Source: Cyanidioschyzon merolae (taxonomy: Eukaryota). From it: a stretch of DNA of 64,000 nt. Both the position numbers and the translations under genes were made by a program. Every line of letters starts with the position of its first letter. Within the stretch, counting starts at the first letter, position 1. Below the pieces are notes generated by a model. That model was not told the DNA's origin. It worked only from the letters and a program-made list of their open reading frames with translations, and ran no database searches. The stretch lies in the NCBI GenBank assembly GCA_000091205.1, contig AP006501.2; one strand, 5' to 3'. This document shows positions 34,168 through 44,544 of the stretch, in pieces.

Positions 34168-35358
34168 ATGGCTGAGCAGCAGGCGTCCTCTGGATCACAC
34201 AGCGATGAAACCTGGACTCTGGTGGAGCGACGGAAACCTTCCCGACAAGCGGGGACGCGTTTCCCGTTGCTCGCTGGGCACCTGCGCACGAGGCTCGACG
34301 TGGCCTGTGCTGATCAAGAACTCGAGAGCTTCTGGCACTTGTTTACTGCCAAACTGGACCAAGTCACGCAGTTTTCCCGCAAAACCTTTCAAAATTTCAC
34401 GTGCTATAACTTTGAACGCTTTATTGGACTGGGCATCGGGGCCTTTACCAGCGACTGGCGAGCTCAGTGGCAGTTGGCTTGGCTGGTAGCTCTCCAGCGG
34501 TACCTGAAACAGTACACACGAACGGCTGGAGTCGCGAGCGACTGGGTGCTCGTTGAGCCGCAGCTGACAAGTCTGGAAGTAACCTTGGCGAAGAGGCTGG
34601 GGTTTAGGGTTTTTCGTGCCGATCCCAATGCACCCGTGCGTTGTCGTCATTGTCGTCGATCACAGAGCGACGCTGCAGCGCAAGCTGGTGCGCATACCGA
34701 CAGGGTTCCCGCGTCGTCTCGACTCGGTCGATCACAACTACCGCACAGCACCCGTTTCCATGATTATATTAGACCGGACGCGGTGCGAAGACAAAGCAAA
34801 GATTCAGGGAGCGGCTACACCCTGCTATTCATGCCACACTGTGGAATCGGTCTCATAGAACTCGTTTTACAACTTTACTGGGACCAGGATGCACTGAGTC
34901 GACTTCATTTTGTGAGTAGCGATCTTGTCGAGCTGATAACGAGCCACGAACAGCGCTCTGTCGCATTAGCCGCCGAGCGAACGTCATCTGTGCACGGGCG
35001 TGGAAACGCGCTGGTTTCGTGCTCCGACCGGCAACTGCCGCTCGCGAAGGACGCCTCAGGGTCTACGTGCGAAACCAAGGCAGCAGTAGCATCGGCAACT
35101 CAGGAATTACCTTCACTCACTGAACCTTGCTGTATGCTCGCGCTTGCTTCCCAGCACTGTATCCGATGGATCGCTCCAGTAGACCCTGAAGGCTTTAGAA
35201 ATTCCAATGTGCGGCAGGCCGCGTTTCATGGACTCGGGTGGCAATGTATTGAGGATCCGACGACGGCTGCACTGGAAGCGATCCGGCCTGGTGACTGCTC
35301 CACCGATCGTGCGGATCCAGCACAACTCGCGGCCGCGATGCATTACATACCACTTTAG
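34168..35358 (+). CDS. SRR1-like domain protein
   Basis: ATG verified. SRR1 hallmarks: CYNFERFIGLGIGAFTSDWRAQWQLAWLVAL and LLFMPHCGIGLIELVLQLYW. Confidence 0.55.
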   Translation: MAEQQASSGSHSDETWTLVERRKPSRQAGTRFPLLAGHLRTRLDVACADQELESFWHLFTAKLDQVTQFSRKTFQNFTCYNFERFIGLGIGAFTSDWRAQWQLAWLVALQRYLKQYTRTAGVASDWVLVEPQLTSLEVTLAKRLGFRVFRADPNAPVRCRHCRRSQSDAAAQAGAHTDRVPASSRLGRSQLPHSTRFHDYIRPDAVRRQSKDSGSGYTLLFMPHCGIGLIELVLQLYWDQDALSRLHFVSSDLVELITSHEQRSVALAAERTSSVHGRGNALVSCSDRQLPLAKDASGSTCETKAAVASATQELPSLTEPCCMLALASQHCIRWIAPVDPEGFRNSNVRQAAFHGLGWQCIEDPTTAALEAIRPGDCSTDRADPAQLAAAMHYIPL

Positions 35359-38126
35359 GTGCGAAACGATAGATCAATGGAATTCGTTGTCCATGAAAAG
35401 TACGCTGTCGTGCGTGCGGGGTATACGGCGGCGCTGGAGCGTCGTATGATGCGACACGGTCAACTCGATAGGCAGCATCATTGGGCCGCTTCTCTGGCCG
35501 CTTTACGGAAGCTTTGCTCATGACGCATCGTTTTCGTATGAATGGTGAAAGGAATATGCGGTTATTTCCTTACGATGACGACTCGAGATTTTCAATGAGT
35601 CCACAATCGTGCATGAAAGAATGTCATGTTGGTGCTGGAATGGAGGCTATGACCGGTGCTGTCGGCGTATCGCGGGTTGATAGACTTGGGAATCCGCAAG
35701 AACACCACCGCTGCTGCACAGGGATATTCAGAATGAATGAGATGTAGATGATGGAGGATGTGCTTGTCTCCATGCAGTCATGCATGCGAATTTCATGCGT
35801 GACATGGGAAACAAGGCACGCTTTACTCGGCACGCTCCTGATACCAAGCACATATTTCAGCGCCTCTTCTGGGATACACTGCATGATGAGGACTTGAACC
35901 TTGAGGGATTCCCTTTACCAGCTCGCAGTGAGTCTACATGCAGTTTCGTAGAGCAATCGAATCCGAAACATGACCCAGGGGCGTCTCCCACGTACCTGGA
36001 ATGCCCACGCCCCTGTATCCCATGCTCCATACCAAATTCAGTGTTCTTTCGTGAGCGCGTGCCTGAGACCCGATTATTCTGGTGAAACACGCGCGTTCTC
36101 AAGGGCATTGCACGGTCCATTGACCTTCGAACAATGCTGTCTGGGTCGAGCGACACACGCAGTCTCTAGTGGGGTACGATCTTCACTGCCACCCGAGTGT
36201 TATCCGAACAACGCGTTGGCATCCTCTCGTGCTTATAGTCTTGTGACTCAGTTTCGTTTCGACTCCGCTGCGGCGTACAGCAGGAGACCGAAAGCACGAT
36301 ACCATGTACTGTATAGATTTTAGAAGCATTGCCTGTAGGATATATTGTTTACAAAGCAGCAGAAGGAAGACTGCATTTTCGCTTCAGACAAGTCATACCA
36401 TACTACTCCGATGGTTGAGTAACACTGAAAGAGACATGTAGATGCGTTCCGAGCCAAAAACCGATATTCTCAAGGAATGGTTGCGGTCAATAGTAGAAAG
36501 CGACCCATCGATTACCTTACGTAAACCAAAAGCGACAGCAGTAGCCGCAAGGGGCGTCACTGTTTCTCACCAGCTTATTCTTGCGGTCCTGAAAACACCG
36601 GTATGCGGTCGCAAAAAAACAGCCTTGCTTCACGCATAGTCATCTCGCACCGATATCGAAGCTACGACAGCGTTTCTGGAAAGTCACAATCGGTATGAAG
36701 CACAAGGACGTCGGCTTGTCCTTTTCCAGCCGATGCGACGTCATTCGGACGAAACGGTCGGAGCGTAGAGGGGTATTCGGCGAGCAGGGACTCAGTAGTA
36801 CGTCCGTCCGAACTCGAAGAGAACTGGGATATCAGCATTTGTTCTAGCTGCAGTGGATGCATTTGGCGGCCTCGGTTTGGCTCGAAGATACAGAAACGGA
36901 AGTCGGGGATCCTCGCAAGCTCGGTGCCGCCTGGTGCTGGAGAAAGACGAAAAATCCTCTTCTTCCCGATCATTTAGCGAAGAAGAGCAAGTAACGAAGA
37001 AGAAACAGATGAGGGGAGATGATCGAGAAGAGGTTTTCGCTCGAAAGGACGGTAACGAGACCTTCATGGCACAGCGGGCGTGAATTCAAGGAATCTTGGC
37101 GTTAATGAGTTCAACCAGAGCCAATCAACGCAGCCATCAACATAAGACGATGTCTGGTGCTGCAGACAAGACCCACAGAGCTGACGAGAGCCAGTTTCGT
37201 GTGACAGCCTATCAGCCACGAAAGCTTCTAGGACAAACTAAAACCGATGGCAGACGGTCAGTTAAAAAATGGCTGGGAGGCGTCTGCGAGTGGATAGGTA
37301 TATTTCCCGTCCATGATCATAGGACATTTTGTGATTCTCTGATCGCATATCTTGACAGAGTAGTGCAATAGTCGGCTGGAGTGAGGCGGCTCCTTTTCGC
37401 TCGAGAACCTGCTATGTGCCGGGAGCCGGTTACACTTCAATGATGTAGACACATGCAGCCTGGTACGTTGGGCTGCTTTCTCGAGCCGCGAAATACCCAG
37501 GCACGTTCTGCTGCTTTCGAGCACTGGCGGCAGCGCGGAGAAGCAATCGACATCGCGAAACTGCATTGCGTAGCGGGCCCGAGATGCAAACTGGTCATCT
37601 TCATGGACGACGCTTGTGCGCGATCGGCTCGTCTTGGCATCGAGTCCGTTTACGGCAGACGCTCTTCCGCAGATTTCTGGTCTGGCCTTCATGGCGGGCG
37701 CGCGGTCAAGCCAGTGCTCTGCTTTCGTCTATCAGTGATGCTGCATGAGGCCTGAACGCAGTCACGATTTCGACGGAACTATTTTAATCGCTCAGATGGA
37801 GTCGTGTTCCACATCTCAACCGGGCAGTACATTTGCTTCATCTTGTCAGGTTTGAAACCAGATCACCAACGCGTCTGGTGAAACAGGTCACTAGAGCGTT
37901 CCCCAGCTGTCCCGGATGCAGGCTTGGCGCCACGTGAAAAGCATCCAGCACCAAAGGCTCTGCGATGAGCGGCAAGCACCTGATGATTGCGCATGTGGCT
38001 CGTGATTCCCATAGATACCGATCTGAGGCGTTCGTTGCCCCGCCGGTACGATGCCAGTCGTCAGTGCCGACCATCACATCTCCATGTACCTCGTTGGGGT
38101 CAGGATTCGCAATCTTTGGGATATGC

Positions 38127-39872
38127 TTACGAGAGGCCGTACGTCTCGAGCGGGTGCCGCACTCGGTCAAAGTCGTAGACACGACGTGGATCCGTGATAT
38201 GCCCTGTGATGGCACTAGCAGCGGCAGTATAGGGCGAGGCGAGGAAGACCGCACTCGATTTGTCGCCCATTCGGCCTGGAAAATTCCGATTTGTGGTGCT
38301 CACAACGACCTCGGGCCCGTTCGCACGCCCAAAGGTGTCCTTCGGACCTCCCAGACACGCTGCGCAACTCGGGGCACCCGGCGGAAGGCATCCCGCGTCC
38401 TTGAAAATCTGCATCAGAGTCTTGCCGTTAAGTTTTCTGGTTTCCAGGTCTTCATAGATGCGGCGTGTGGCCGGAACAAGAAACGTAGGAACACGTACCT
38501 GACGCCCGTCGAGAATCCGCGCTGCGGCAACAAAGTCCTCCGTCTTGCCGCCAGTGCAAGAGCCAATGTACACTCGCGTAATCTTCACGTCCTCGCAATT
38601 GCGGGCAAGATCTAAATTATCGGGGCTGTGTGGTTTCGCTACCGCAGGCTCCAGTTTGGATAAGTCGTACTGTCGGTCCGTGTAGAATGAGGCATTCGAG
38701 TCGGTGTGGAACACATCAAACGGCTTCGTTGTTCGTGCTCGGACGTAAGCACACGTAATTTCATCCGGAGGAAAGATGCCGTTCTTACCACCAGCCTCAA
38801 TCGCCATATTACAAAGTGTCATGCGATCGGCAATAGAAAACTGCTCCATCCGATCACTGACAAACTCCATCGCCCGGTAGGTAGCGCCAGCGACACCAAT
38901 ATCGCCTATGATTTGGAGAATGATATCCTTGGCCATGATGTAATCAGGCAGGGTTCCATTCAAGGCAAAGCGCATTGTTGCGGGCACTTTGATGAGGAGC
39001 TTACCGGTGCCCATTATAAAACCTGCATCAGTGTTCCCGATGCCAGTCGCGAACTCGCCGAAAGCTCCTGCAGTACACGTGTGAGAATCTGTCCCGAAAA
39101 GCACCTCACCAGGACGGCAGTGCCCTTCCTGCGCCAGTGCTATGTGGCAGACCCCTTTGTATTCAGGGTTCGCCCGAAAGTCGCTCCGATCGGTGATATC
39201 GTAGAAGTAACGGATGCCTTGTTCGCGAGCAAAATCCCGAATAATATCCACGTTCCTATTCGCTTTCTCATCCGCAGTGAAGATGTAGTGATCGGGGATA
39301 ATGACAATCTTTTCAGGGTCCCAGACAGGTGCATCCGAACCGAACTCGCGTTTGAAGACTGCGATCGTCCCCGGACCACAGACGTCGTGTGTCATGAGCA
39401 CATCAACGTCAACAAAGAGATTCTCTCCTGGTTTCACGAAGCTCCTTCCAGCGGCTTTGGCTATGATCTTCTCTGTTATCGTCTGCGGCGCCTTCACGGC
39501 TACACTCGGAGCTGCCTTCGTTGAGGTCGGCGCAGAGATACCAGACTTTAATTCAGCCAGGGGATTTTTGGGGCCAATTCGTACCCGTCGCTGCTCCTGA
39601 CTGACTCCAGTTCTGGCACTGCAACCTTGTGCTCGGCTATGAAGTGTCACTGGAGAAACGAACATGATATTGTAAACGAGGGAAGACGCACCCGGTATAG
39701 CGTAACTGCTCCAAAGCCTGAAATCATGCGATGGTTCGCGCGCGTTCGTCGCGTGCAGCGTCGCGAGTGCCCTCCGTCGGCATAAAGAGAAATACATCCT
39801 ACTGGATATAAGTGGATACAACGGACACATCCCAGGGGGCGCCCGGGCTGCATCCGGCTTCAATCTAGACAT
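38127..39872 (-). CDS. leuC: 3-isopropylmalate dehydratase / homoaconitase large subunit (aconitase family, standalone LeuC type) with an ~140-aa S/T/R-rich N-terminal extension, possibly an organellar presequence
   Basis: Aconitase-family motifs: VDVLMTHDVCGP, GTDSHTCTAGAFGEFATGIG, IGSCTGGKTEDF, NRNFPGRMG. ATG at 39872 verified; the true start may be an internal ATG. Confidence 0.85.
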   Translation of the reverse strand: MSRLKPDAARAPPGMCPLYPLISSRMYFSLCRRRALATLHATNAREPSHDFRLWSSYAIPGASSLVYNIMFVSPVTLHSRAQGCSARTGVSQEQRRVRIGPKNPLAELKSGISAPTSTKAAPSVAVKAPQTITEKIIAKAAGRSFVKPGENLFVDVDVLMTHDVCGPGTIAVFKREFGSDAPVWDPEKIVIIPDHYIFTADEKANRNVDIIRDFAREQGIRYFYDITDRSDFRANPEYKGVCHIALAQEGHCRPGEVLFGTDSHTCTAGAFGEFATGIGNTDAGFIMGTGKLLIKVPATMRFALNGTLPDYIMAKDIILQIIGDIGVAGATYRAMEFVSDRMEQFSIADRMTLCNMAIEAGGKNGIFPPDEITCAYVRARTTKPFDVFHTDSNASFYTDRQYDLSKLEPAVAKPHSPDNLDLARNCEDVKITRVYIGSCTGGKTEDFVAAARILDGRQVRVPTFLVPATRRIYEDLETRKLNGKTLMQIFKDAGCLPPGAPSCAACLGGPKDTFGRANGPEVVVSTTNRNFPGRMGDKSSAVFLASPYTAAASAITGHITDPRRVYDFDRVRHPLETYGLS

Positions 39873-39903
39873 TTCTATATTATTAGGTATTTAAATGTAA
39901 TAT
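39873..39903. promoter_or_regulatory. AT-rich 31-bp divergent intergenic region between the LeuC-type gene (-) and ORF 39904 (+); candidate bidirectional core promoter
   Basis: 'atttctatattattaggtatttaaatgtaatat' lies between two divergently oriented ATGs and is unusually AT-rich for this 55% GC window. Confidence 0.3.
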
Positions 39904-40575
39904 ATGGACACACCATGGGGAACGCCCTTGCCAGCAGCCTGGTCGGTTTTCAGCCAAAATCTGAGCAGCGCTCGTCTCTGCTACAGGGAGGCACTTTTGG
40001 CAAACTGCTTCTGTCACAGGCACCAGCTCAGCCCCGGTTGTGGGCACCGGAAACGGTGCATGCCACTTGGCGCCGCTGATAACGATGATCTGGTACCAGC
40101 CGACGCGCCAAGTCGGCAATATCAGGAACACTTGCTGTGGTTGCGCCTCATAAACGCACTCTACGAGTGGTGTGAGGGTGGTGTCGGTGGTGGCTACGAA
40201 AGCGGCACAGAGCCGGAAACGTTCGCGCGCACGCTGGACGGCTCCACACACAAGTCGCTGTCTGCGACAGAGGAGCTCTGGTGCAATTTTCGTTTATGGA
40301 GTGACGATCGGCAACGCGAGAGCCTCACAGGGCAGCGGGATGTGCGGGCACAGGGCGCACTTGAAGAGCGCTGCGCCGCCGTGCTCCGTTGCATGACGAA
40401 CCCGCTTGTATTCGACCTGGGGAAGGATGAGCCCGAACTTTGTCCGAGGCCTCGCCGAGGTTCATCAGCTGATATAGAGGTCAATGCGGATGGTATTGTT
40501 GTGCAGAGTTTTGCGGACAGGCTCCCTGTCAGGTACAGAGATACACGCAAGCTCACAGCGATTCCACCCATGTAA
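39904..40575 (+). CDS. Hypothetical protein (223 aa)
   Basis: ATG verified; no recognisable domain. A 54-aa ORF in another frame, MGNALASS... (from 39914), overlaps its start. Confidence 0.25.
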   Translation: MDTPWGTPLPAAWSVFSQNLSSARLCYREALLANCFCHRHQLSPGCGHRKRCMPLGAADNDDLVPADAPSRQYQEHLLWLRLINALYEWCEGGVGGGYESGTEPETFARTLDGSTHKSLSATEELWCNFRLWSDDRQRESLTGQRDVRAQGALEERCAAVLRCMTNPLVFDLGKDEPELCPRPRRGSSADIEVNADGIVVQSFADRLPVRYRDTRKLTAIPPM

Positions 40576-42915
40576 GACTAGAATAATACGGCCGCACCAA
40601 ACTAAGTCTTGCGTGCATGCCGCATTTCGGGTCTTTTCCTGCTGCCATCAAGACAAGCCTTTGCAGGATTTTATCTGACAGCTTCCTCTAGATCTCTCTT
40701 ATCTGCGGATCTAAAACGCTGTTCTCTCCTTCCTCTACACCTCCGTTATAAGCAGTCGAATGGTACTCATGGTAGCGGTCAAGTCCCACTTGAGCTGCTT
40801 CCGGTTGTTATCAACTAATTTCGTGTCGAGACAACGGTTGCGATCCGCGATTCGCTTGCCATTTCATCTCGTTTTGGTTACGGCCTTGGTCCATCCTTTG
40901 GCGGCGGTGACACTCGACTGCGGTCAGGCGTTCCCAAACGTCCACCACAGATCCTCGTACGTGCGCGGTCTTTTAGCGCGTGAGCGATTGCTTCACTGCT
41001 CACTGGATGCCCTTGACGTGCACCGGAGGCTCCCTTCGATGTCTGTCCCAGGTTCTGCACCCGGCGCCATAACCCAGGATCACGGGCTTTTTCCGGTCGA
41101 TTCCCTCGTCGAGTACTTTACCTGCCGCACACGCCAGCGTACGCTGTCCCGTTCGACAGAGGAATTGTCGAACGCGATGCTTTCAATGAAGATGCACATG
41201 AAGAAGGAGTCCGGGGACGATATCGGGTTTCCCTCGTCGTTAATCAAGTGGCGCGAATGGCTACGCCCATGAGTTGCACAGGAACAGCATGATTGAAAAC
41301 ATGAAAAATGCAAGATTTGAGCATGCCACCCGTAAGGAACGAGGAAGGGCGGAGGCAAGCACGTATGAACTGGAAAATACGAATATCGCTCATCTTACGA
41401 ATCCCTGGGTGCGGACGTCGCGGGTTGTTTCGATCCTAGTGACGTGACGAATTCCAGCGGCAGTTAGTCATAGAAGCCACACCGAAAAGATGACCGAAAA
41501 TCCTAAAACTACATGTGAACCCGTAGGACCTACTTGCTGCACCTTGAATGTCGGAGATGAATATCTAAACAAGTTCAGAAAAAATCGCAATCCAGGAATA
41601 AAGCGAGCAGGTCAGTGTTCCATTTTAATATGACACTGCGAAAACGATCGCCGTCGCTAGCATTGATCCAGCGGTTCCACCGAACGACGCCATTGGTCGT
41701 CCACAGAAACCAGCGCCGCTTCCGGAGGCGGCCCCGGGAACCTATCCAGTGTGCTAATTACCACCAAGACGCGTCCATTTCCTACGGACAGGGCGCTCTG
41801 ACCCCTGTACACGGAGTCTAGACTCTCGACGCTCTATTCGCGTCGCCAACACCGTCATGAACGTCGGACTACACCATGCAGCACGCACACGACACCATGG
41901 ATCCGCCATGGGGGAGAACCTCGAGCGGCAGCTTCGACGAACGCTGCACAGCAATTATTTTCAGACGCACGCCCTCGTTGGCAGCGGGAAACGCATGCGT
42001 CCGACGTTTGCGTAAAGATCCCGGACACACTTCGAGCGCTTTCTCGTATGACAGGTCACTCAGTTAAACAAGTGATGGGCCCAAACGATTTTTGTGCGAA
42101 ACAGTCACCTGAGCATTCAGTGCGTCTGTTCGCTCTGCTGCGTACATGTGTAAATCTCCTGTTCAGTACGGCGAGCGGGAGCGCAACGGCTTTGTTTCGT
42201 ACGCACAGCTCCGGAGACGCATGGGAACCTGCGATAGGTTTTGAATGTGCTTGCATTATCCAGCGATGAATAAACGCGGCCCTGGAATCCGTGTCCAGGC
42301 ACACCAGTCGGTATTGCGGATCGCGGCGCGCTTGTGGGATTCGCTTTTTAAGAACAGGTCAGATGTAGAACCACATCACATTATCGCGTTATAACAAATC
42401 ACAACTGGGCTTGAATACCGACGTTGAATGCAATCATGGTGATTAATCGACAGCGTGCACCATGCATAGCATCACCGTCGACGTCGCAGCGGAGACCCGC
42501 GCTGTATGCAGCCTGTGTTTGGCCTCGGTGCTGCTCATTGGTCAACACAGCTTCTCGACCGGTGCACAGCTTGGATGTCGGGTCACACTGCGCCAGCTGG
42601 TGCCAGTCCTCGAAGTTTCCTCAGTTCGTAAGAATCCGAGGGCAGCTCGCATTTGCGCACACGCACCGGCTCATAACTGCGAAGCTTGAGGGCAGTGACA
42701 AGGTCTCGCGGGTTCCCCTCGGTTCGCGAGCGTCTGATGACAGTTCGCATTAGCGTACAAGCATCGACTCACAACCGCGAAGCCAGCAGGCGGTACCACC
42801 GCTGTCTCGAGACAACTATGTCGTCTCAGCTGGTCCGTCGCTGTCTTTCGATGCGACGCTCTACAGCGTGGTCCCTGTGGCAACTCGTCTCGATCCAGGC
42901 GAAACGCTACATAGC

Positions 42916-43650
42916 TCAGATGGCATTTTTGCCGTCGCGTGCACGCTCTGGAGGCTCAGCGCGCCTTTGGGACGCTTTGCTCGCGGAGCTCGCTCCCTCG
43001 GTACCGCTCGCGGAGTCGTCTGTGTCAGAATCGAGCGACTGTTGTCGGTAGAGTCGAATCATGCGGTACTCGTTGCTGTACAGACTCCTTCGTTTTTCTT
43101 CGAATTCTTCATGCGACAAACGGCGCCCACTCGTATGAGAACTCGAAGAATCTGTCGACGAGCTTCGAGAGAGAAACGTCATGCCAGCACCGTTGATTTG
43201 GGGAGCATGACGGCCGTCCGCAGATCCGCATTGGGAAGCATGCGTCTGAATGAAACATCCTCGGCCGATGTACTCGGACTCGGATCCTTCGCTTGCGGAA
43301 AGCGAACCCAGCCCTGTATGCGACTCTGCAAACGGTTCGTGATACGGTGTTTTCGGCTCGTCGATGAGCATTCGCTCCACACGCAACCGCTCCGCCTCGT
43401 TTTCCTGCAAGTTGCCCTCGTCGAAGTGGATGTGCTTCCGGTTTCGCGGTTCCCTGTGAGCCTCAGGGTCAGCGTCCGCCTCCACTGGTAAAGGCGCAGT
43501 AGCTAACTCTACCCTGCCACCGATGACGTTATCAACTTCAGCGTCATTCTCATGGTCTGTACTGCACGACACGCAGCTCTTGGAGTCTTTCAGGATCGGT
43601 CTCAGGGACTGCTCACGTTTCACTCCACCGTGCGACTGTACTGCAGGCAT
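42916..43650 (-). CDS. Protein phosphatase 1 inhibitor-2 (IPP-2) family
   Basis: Motifs: RPILKD (compare KGILKN), KHIHFDEGNL, LIDEPKTPYH (compare IDEPSTPYH), EFEEKRRSLYSNEY. The track start is a GTG; the first ATG is at 43650, verified. Confidence 0.7.
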   Translation of the reverse strand: MPAVQSHGGVKREQSLRPILKDSKSCVSCSTDHENDAEVDNVIGGRVELATAPLPVEADADPEAHREPRNRKHIHFDEGNLQENEAERLRVERMLIDEPKTPYHEPFAESHTGLGSLSASEGSESEYIGRGCFIQTHASQCGSADGRHAPQINGAGMTFLSRSSSTDSSSSHTSGRRLSHEEFEEKRRSLYSNEYRMIRLYRQQSLDSDTDDSASGTEGASSASKASQRRAEPPERARDGKNAI

Positions 43651-44148
43651 CAGCACAGGAGAGCCCCTTGCTACTATTCGAACACTTGACGACCAACTCG
43701 ATCAAGCAGGAGATTCCCTGCCACCAGATGCCGTAGACGGCCCGTTCAGTACCCAGTAAATACCTGACTGAAGCTGCCTTGCGTCGTAAACGGATTTCAC
43801 TGAACCAGCGGCAGTTCGGTGCACGAGTTCCGGACGAGATCGCCCGCAGGGCACGGCAGCGGTGACGTTGCCCTGAAAGGATAATCTGGATACATGAGGA
43901 TATAAATGGACATGTCTGTACGCAATTGTAGCGCTTCGCCGCGCCGACGGCGCACCAGCGCACATCATCGGATGCGCGGCAGTAGCCGCGACGCTTATAC
44001 GTCTGAACACCGCGCTCATACTGGCCCGTACTCAGTAACCTAGCCGCTTGGCGGAACCTGCACGCATTAGCAGGAAGACCTGTAGCAGCTTTGTAGGGTG
44101 ATCCGTAGCTATTCTCGCGATACGATTCCGAGGCGAAAGCTGGTAAGA

Positions 44149-44544
44149 ATGCCAACGAAGGTCAAGAAAAACGTGTCTGCGAAGAAAGCAACAACCCGCC
44201 GGTTTGTACTCGACTGCAGTGCACCAGTTGGAGACGCTATCCTTGACACGGCGTCCTTAGAAAAGTTTCTACAGGATCGCATCAAAGTCAATGGAAAGAC
44301 CGGCCAGCTGGGTGATTTTGTTGCTGTGTCCCGCGACGGACGAACGCGAATCGCGGTGGTTACACGAGTGCCGTTCTCGAAGCGATACCTCAAGTACCTC
44401 GCGAAAAAGTACCTGAAAAAGCAGCAGCTCAGAGACTTTCTTCGTGTCGTCGCAACTGGACCTGACACATACGAGTTGAGGTACTTTAGTATTCATGATG
44501 AGGACGTCGAGAAAGATGAGGAGGATATGGAGGAAGATGAGTAA
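44149..44544 (+). CDS. RPL22: 60S ribosomal protein L22e
   Basis: MPTKVKKN...[39 protein letters not shown]...[38 protein letters not shown] is the L22e signature, with an acidic tail. ATG at 44149 verified; the track begins at an upstream alternative start. Confidence 0.85.
   Translation: MPTKVKKNVSAKKATTRRFVLDCSAPVGDAILDTASLEKFLQDRIKVNGKTGQLGDFVAVSRDGRTRIAVVTRVPFSKRYLKYLAKKYLKKQQLRDFLRVVATGPDTYELRYFSIHDEDVEKDEEDMEEDE

Noticed and set aside
43613-44155. 180-aa Cys/Arg-rich minus-strand ORF between the inhibitor-2 and RPL22 genes
   Set aside because: It overlaps the RPL22 5' region and the inhibitor-2 start, has odd composition and no conserved motif. It is probably an intergenic shadow ORF.
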